Source of the DNA: PVC group bacterium
GTDB taxonomy: Bacteria > GCA-001730085 > JADFSZ01
DNA: 9,935 nt
Direction of reading: 5' to 3'
Assembly (NCBI GenBank): GCA_022560555.1
Contig: JADFSZ010000051.1
Location: 1-9,935 of the forward strand
In this document: piece by piece, positions 6,553-9,935 of the stretch
Position numbering within the stretch: the first letter of the stretch is position 1
How the letters are laid out: each line of letters starts with the position of its first letter
Position numbers and translations under genes: made by a program
The notes under the pieces: model-generated
Databases searched by the model: none
What the model saw: only the letters and a program-made list of their open reading frames with translations
What the model was told of the DNA's origin: nothing

Positions 6553-7128
6553 TTGGTTATTAAAAGACGAGGATCATTTAGAGATAGGCACAAAGATAAG
6601 TACAATGATAAACACCGGGTGAATGAGCAGATTCGTATTCCGGAAGTACGCGTGATTGATGACAATGGAGAACAGTTGGGAGTTATGGAAATGGCAAAAG
6701 CCCTTCAGCTGGCTCAAGATGCTGATTTAGATCTTGTGGAGGTTTCTCCAAAGGCTGTTCCGCCGGTATGCCGGATCATCGATTATGGAAAATTTGTGTA
6801 TCAACAGAGCAAGCGTGCGCATGAAGCAAAGAAAAAACAGAAAACAACGCATCTTAAAGAAGTTAAAGTCGGCCCGAATATTGATGATCACGATTTGTTG
6901 ATTAAATTAAAACATGCCCGTGAGTTTTTGGAGCATGGGGATAAATTAAAAATCACGATAAAATTCCGCGGAAGGGAAATGCGATTGGAAAATCGCGGGC
7001 GGGATATTTTGAAACGAGTGATTAAAGAACTTGAAGATGTAGGTCAAGTTGATATGCTGCCCAAAAAAGAGGGCCGCCAAATATTTACGACATTATCGGC
7101 GAAATCAAAGAAGAAGGGAAGTGCGTAA
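6553..7128 (+). CDS. infC: Translation initiation factor IF-3
   Basis: Matches IF-3 throughout ([68 protein letters not shown]). No in-frame ATG is available, so candidate starts are TTG at 6553 (7 nt after GGAGG at 6541-6545) or ATT at 6559. The SD overlaps the thrS stop codon. Confidence 0.9.
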   Translation: MVIKRRGSFRDRHKDKYNDKHRVNEQIRIPEVRVIDDNGEQLGVMEMAKALQLAQDADLDLVEVSPKAVPPVCRIIDYGKFVYQQSKRAHEAKKKQKTTHLKEVKVGPNIDDHDLLIKLKHAREFLEHGDKLKITIKFRGREMRLENRGRDILKRVIKELEDVGQVDMLPKKEGRQIFTTLSAKSKKKGSA

Positions 7129-7325
7129 TGCCAAAAATGAAAACCAACCGAGGTGCGGCTAAGCGCTTTCGTATTAATAAAAAAGGCAAGGTGAAGCGTT
7201 CGAAAGCTTACACGAGCCATTTAATGAGTGCGAAGACAAACAAGCAAAAACGGAACCTCCGAAAAAGCACCCTTGTTCATGCTAGTGATGTTCGTCGCGT
7301 GAAGAGAATGCTGCCTTACGGCTGA
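7128..7325 (+). CDS. rpmI: 50S ribosomal protein L35
   Basis: 65 aa and highly basic. [14 protein letters not shown] is the canonical L35 N-terminus. The ATG overlaps the infC TAA stop (TAATG). Confidence 0.93.
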   Translation: MPKMKTNRGAAKRFRINKKGKVKRSKAYTSHLMSAKTNKQKRNLRKSTLVHASDVRRVKRMLPYG

Positions 7326-7373
7326 TACCTGTTTTTATTGGTTTGAAATCGACATAAAAAGGAGTGCTTTGCA

Positions 7374-7730
7374 ATGCCTAGAACGTCCAATGCTTCAAAG
7401 TCTCGAAAGAGACGAAAGAAAATCTTAAAATTAGCGAAGGGATACCGGGGAAGCCGTCGGAATCTTTATCGCATGGCGAAGACGACAGTTATGAAAGCCC
7501 TGGATTATGCTTATCGGGATCGGCGGAATAAAAAGAGGACATTCCGCCAGCTTTGGATACTTCGCCTGAATGGGGCTCTCGAAGAGCACGGATTGTCTTA
7601 TAGCCGGTTTATTTACGGACTAAAAAAGGCCAATATCGAGCTTGATCGAAAAATATTATCGGCACTTGCTCAAGAGGATAAGAAAGCTTTTGATTCTGTT
7701 GTTGAGAAGGTCAAAGAGGCGGCCGCTTAG
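7374..7730 (+). CDS. rplT: 50S ribosomal protein L20
   Basis: 118 aa. [21 protein letters not shown] and [18 protein letters not shown] are canonical L20 motifs. SD AAGGAG lies upstream. Confidence 0.93.
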   Translation: MPRTSNASKSRKRRKKILKLAKGYRGSRRNLYRMAKTTVMKALDYAYRDRRNKKRTFRQLWILRLNGALEEHGLSYSRFIYGLKKANIELDRKILSALAQEDKKAFDSVVEKVKEAAA

Positions 7731-7844
7731 TGATGAATCAAATTCAGCTCGGGATTAAGGCTCCTCCTGTCTGAAACCAAAAATATGCCTGCGTTTCCGG
7801 ACAGGCCTGTTGTTTGACGACTCAGACTGTCAATGAGGCTCATT

Positions 7845-8864
7845 ATGTCTATGGAAAAACAGCTTGTCGAACTTGAGTCGGTTTGGAATGATGAATTGCA
7901 GGTATGTCAGTCCATAGAAGATTTGGAATCGGTCCGGCTTAAATATCTGGGCCGCAAATCAGGGCTGATTCATCAGCTTCTACGTGCTTTAGGAACGCTG
8001 GATCTTGAAGAAAAGAAAAAGTTTGGGGCTCGTATTAATCACCTGAAGCAAGCCGTTCAAGAAGCTGTCGAACAAAAGCAGAGTCATCTTTCCTCCGGAC
8101 CCTCCGAAAAGACAATCGACACCTTTGATCCCACCCTTCCCGGCAAGGCTCCAAATAATGGGCATGTGCATCCGATCACAATAGTCATGAATGACATTAT
8201 TGAGATCTTCCGAGGTATGGGGTTTGATCTCGCGACAGGACCGGAGGTAGAAACGGACTACTACAATTTTGAGGCTCTTAATATTCCGAAGGATCATCCG
8301 GCTCGTGACATGCAAGACACATTTTATCTAAGCGATGATCTTGTGCTCAGAACTCACACGTCGCCGGTGCAGATCCGTGTTATGGAATCTCAACAGCCTC
8401 CTATTCGAATCATTGCTCCCGGAAAAGTCTATAGAAGAGACGCGGATGTTTCTCACACCCCGATGTTTCATCAGGTTGAGGGGCTGATCGTTGACACATC
8501 GATTACCATGGGAAATTTGATGAGTGTTTTGGATCAATTTCTGAAAGAAATCTTTTCAAAAAATGTCCAAACACGATTTCGCCCCAGTTATTTTTCTTTT
8601 ACGGAGCCGTCGGCTGAAGTTGATATTTCCTGTGTGTTTTGTTCTCAAAAAGGATGTCGGGTGTGTAAAGGTTCCGGGTGGTTAGAAATTTTAGGTGCCG
8701 GAATGGTTGATCCTGCCGTGTTTTCTTCTGTTAAATATGATTCAGAAAAATTCACAGGATTTGCTTTTGGGTTGGGGGTGGAAAGGATTGCCATGCTCAA
8801 ATACGGTATCAATGATATCCGCCTCTTTTTTGAGAATGATATGCGTTTTTTGCGACAATTCTGA
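7845..8864 (+). CDS. pheS: Phenylalanine--tRNA ligase alpha subunit
   Basis: N-terminal coiled coil ending in RLKYLGRKSG. Catalytic core motifs HPARDMQDTFY, LRTHTSPVQIR, PGKVYRRD, FHQVEG, FRPSYFSFTEPSAEVD, GWLEILGAGMVDP and FAFGLGVERIAMLKYGI. The start is ambiguous among ATG 7833, 7845 and 7851. I chose 7845 because GAGG at 7835-7838 lies 6 nt upstream. Confidence 0.9.
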   Translation: MSMEKQLVELESVWNDELQVCQSIEDLESVRLKYLGRKSGLIHQLLRALGTLDLEEKKKFGARINHLKQAVQEAVEQKQSHLSSGPSEKTIDTFDPTLPGKAPNNGHVHPITIVMNDIIEIFRGMGFDLATGPEVETDYYNFEALNIPKDHPARDMQDTFYLSDDLVLRTHTSPVQIRVMESQQPPIRIIAPGKVYRRDADVSHTPMFHQVEGLIVDTSITMGNLMSVLDQFLKEIFSKNVQTRFRPSYFSFTEPSAEVDISCVFCSQKGCRVCKGSGWLEILGAGMVDPAVFSSVKYDSEKFTGFAFGLGVERIAMLKYGINDIRLFFENDMRFLRQF

Positions 8865-8887
8865 TTTTTAAAAAGGACGAGAGTCTT

Positions 8888-9935
8888 ATGCTGATTTCCT
8901 ATCAATGGCTCAAAGAGTTTCTTTCACTAAAAATAACTCCTCGGCAGTTATCGCAGCTTTTGTCACTGCAAGGACTGGAAGCCAGGGTGGCGTCCCCGGA
9001 CAAGGACACGATGATTGAGATTGAAGCTACGTCCAATCGACCTGATTGCCTATCCGTGATGGGTGTCGGACGCGAAGTCGCGGCAAAACTTAATTGTAAA
9101 ATAAAAATCCCCCTTATCGATCGGTCCGTAAAGACAGGAAAAAGAACCTCGGTGCCGATAACCATTAAAAAACCTTCGTTATGCCCAAGATATTTGGGCG
9201 TATTGATTGAATGTGATAAGTTTTTGAGCACTCCTTCCCTGATAGTTAAACGATTACAGAAGGCCGGTATCCGGAGTATTAACCTGGTGGTGGATGTGAC
9301 AAACTATGTTTTGCTGGAGTGCGGACATCCGACGCACGCGTTTGATGCTGATCTGCTCGAGGGTCCAAGTATTGTTATTGATACCGCGGGTTCATGCAAA
9401 AAATTGAAAACATTGGACGGTGTCGAAAGATCTCTTGATAAAGATATGCTTCTCATTTGGGACAAAAAAAAGCCGATTGCCATTGCTGGCGTTATGGGAT
9501 GTGAAAACAGCGAAATTCATCCCGGAACAAAGCGTGTGTTTATCGAAAGCGCCTATTTTGATCCAAAATCCATTCGTTTAACGTCAAAAAAGCTCAATCT
9601 TTCAACGGAGTCTTCGTTTCGTTTTGAGAGAGGGCTGGATCCCGAAGGGGCCGACTACGCGATGAGAAGAATTTTGTTTTTGTTGAAAAAGACGCAAAAG
9701 ATTAAAATTCTTGGACTCATTAACGATTGTTATCCTAAGCCGATTCGGCAGAAGAAGATTTTGTTTAGAGTCTCCAGGTTGAATCATGTTCTAGGAACTC
9801 AAATCAGGATTATTCACGCCCGTGAAATTTTAAAAAGTCTTAATTTTGTTGTTGAGGGTGCCGCAATTAAAAAAGAACGTTTTTATGTGACACCCCCAAG
9901 CTATCGTCATGAGGTGACTCGTGAGATTGATCTTA
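8888..9935 (+). CDS. pheT: Phenylalanine--tRNA ligase beta subunit, N-terminal ~349 aa (3' end outside the window); lacks the B2 OB-fold tRNA-binding domain
   Basis: Absent from the ORF track because there is no stop inside the window. I translated it by hand from the ATG at 8888 to 9935 and found no stop. Sequence reads MLISYQWLKEFL...GLEA...IEIEATSNRPDCLSVMGVGREVAA, CPRYLG, GIRSINLVVDVTNYVLLECGHPTHAFD, AIAGVMG, SSFRFERGLDP (B1 plus B3_4 domains). Confidence 0.9.
   Translation, partial: MLISYQWLKEFLSLKITPRQLSQLLSLQGLEARVASPDKDTMIEIEATSNRPDCLSVMGVGREVAAKLNCKIKIPLIDRSVKTGKRTSVPITIKKPSLCPRYLGVLIECDKFLSTPSLIVKRLQKAGIRSINLVVDVTNYVLLECGHPTHAFDADLLEGPSIVIDTAGSCKKLKTLDGVERSLDKDMLLIWDKKKPIAIAGVMGCENSEIHPGTKRVFIESAYFDPKSIRLTSKKLNLSTESSFRFERGLDPEGADYAMRRILFLLKKTQKIKILGLINDCYPKPIRQKKILFRVSRLNHVLGTQIRIIHAREILKSLNFVVEGAAIKKERFYVTPPSYRHEVTREIDL

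Noticed and set aside
7326-7373. Possible L20-binding leader/pseudoknot (autoregulation of rpmI-rplT), either here or upstream of infC.
   Set aside because: The thrS-infC gap is 11 nt and the rpmI-rplT gap is 48 nt, with no evident stem or pseudoknot. There is no room for the known L20 leader structures.
7733-7817. Mini-ORFs as pheM-like Phe-rich leader peptides for pheST attenuation.
   Set aside because: They contain only one Phe codon in 23 codons combined and have no SD. They are kept only as context for the hairpin observation.
8902-9231. A 109-aa - strand ORF, along with the other - strand ORFs in the track (318-560, 1524-1845, 1921-2187, 2805-3086, 3677-4071, 4029-4316, 4942-5280, 5429-5638, 6035-6280, 7989-8537, 8645-8905, 9602-9787).
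   Set aside because: Every one is antisense to a strongly supported + strand housekeeping gene. None has recognisable motifs. They are typical shadow ORFs.
1-9935. A novel defence, mobile or accessory system: CRISPR repeats, integrase or transposase, toxin-antitoxin pairs, inverted terminal repeats, or an island-like shift in base composition.
   Set aside because: None was seen. All ORFs of meaningful length are conserved core genes on one strand with short spacers. No direct or inverted repeats longer than about 11 nt were noticed by eye.

Overview
All supported genes in this window are on the + strand, GC is low to moderate by eye, and the content is housekeeping and translation-related. 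In order: the 3' part of a conserved hypothetical gene (TIGR03790-like), a HAD-family phosphatase, rlmN, a 270-bp non-coding gap, rarA/mgsA, a 5-formyltetrahydrofolate cyclo-ligase that overlaps rarA, tRNA-Val(GAC) behind a consensus sigma70 promoter, then the classic thrS-infC-rpmI-rplT-pheS-pheT cluster. pheT runs off the right edge and is missing from the ORF track for that reason. I found no CRISPR array, mobile element, toxin/defence-like gene, long repeat or orphan accessory ORF, so I cannot support a novel multi-gene system here. The best lead outside the ORF track is the 2432-2700 gap. It holds a good extended -10 promoter followed by a ~180-nt rod-like fold with a large central bubble, which fits a 6S (SsrS) RNA in architecture, size and linkage to the cyclo-ligase gene. 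Secondary observations: ThrRS lacks the N-terminal TGS domain, PheT lacks the B2 OB-fold tRNA-binding domain, infC has a non-AUG start, the tRNA-Val has C33 instead of the near-universal U33, and two mutually exclusive hairpins lie between rplT and pheS. All homology calls come from remembered motifs and family knowledge. No searches were run.
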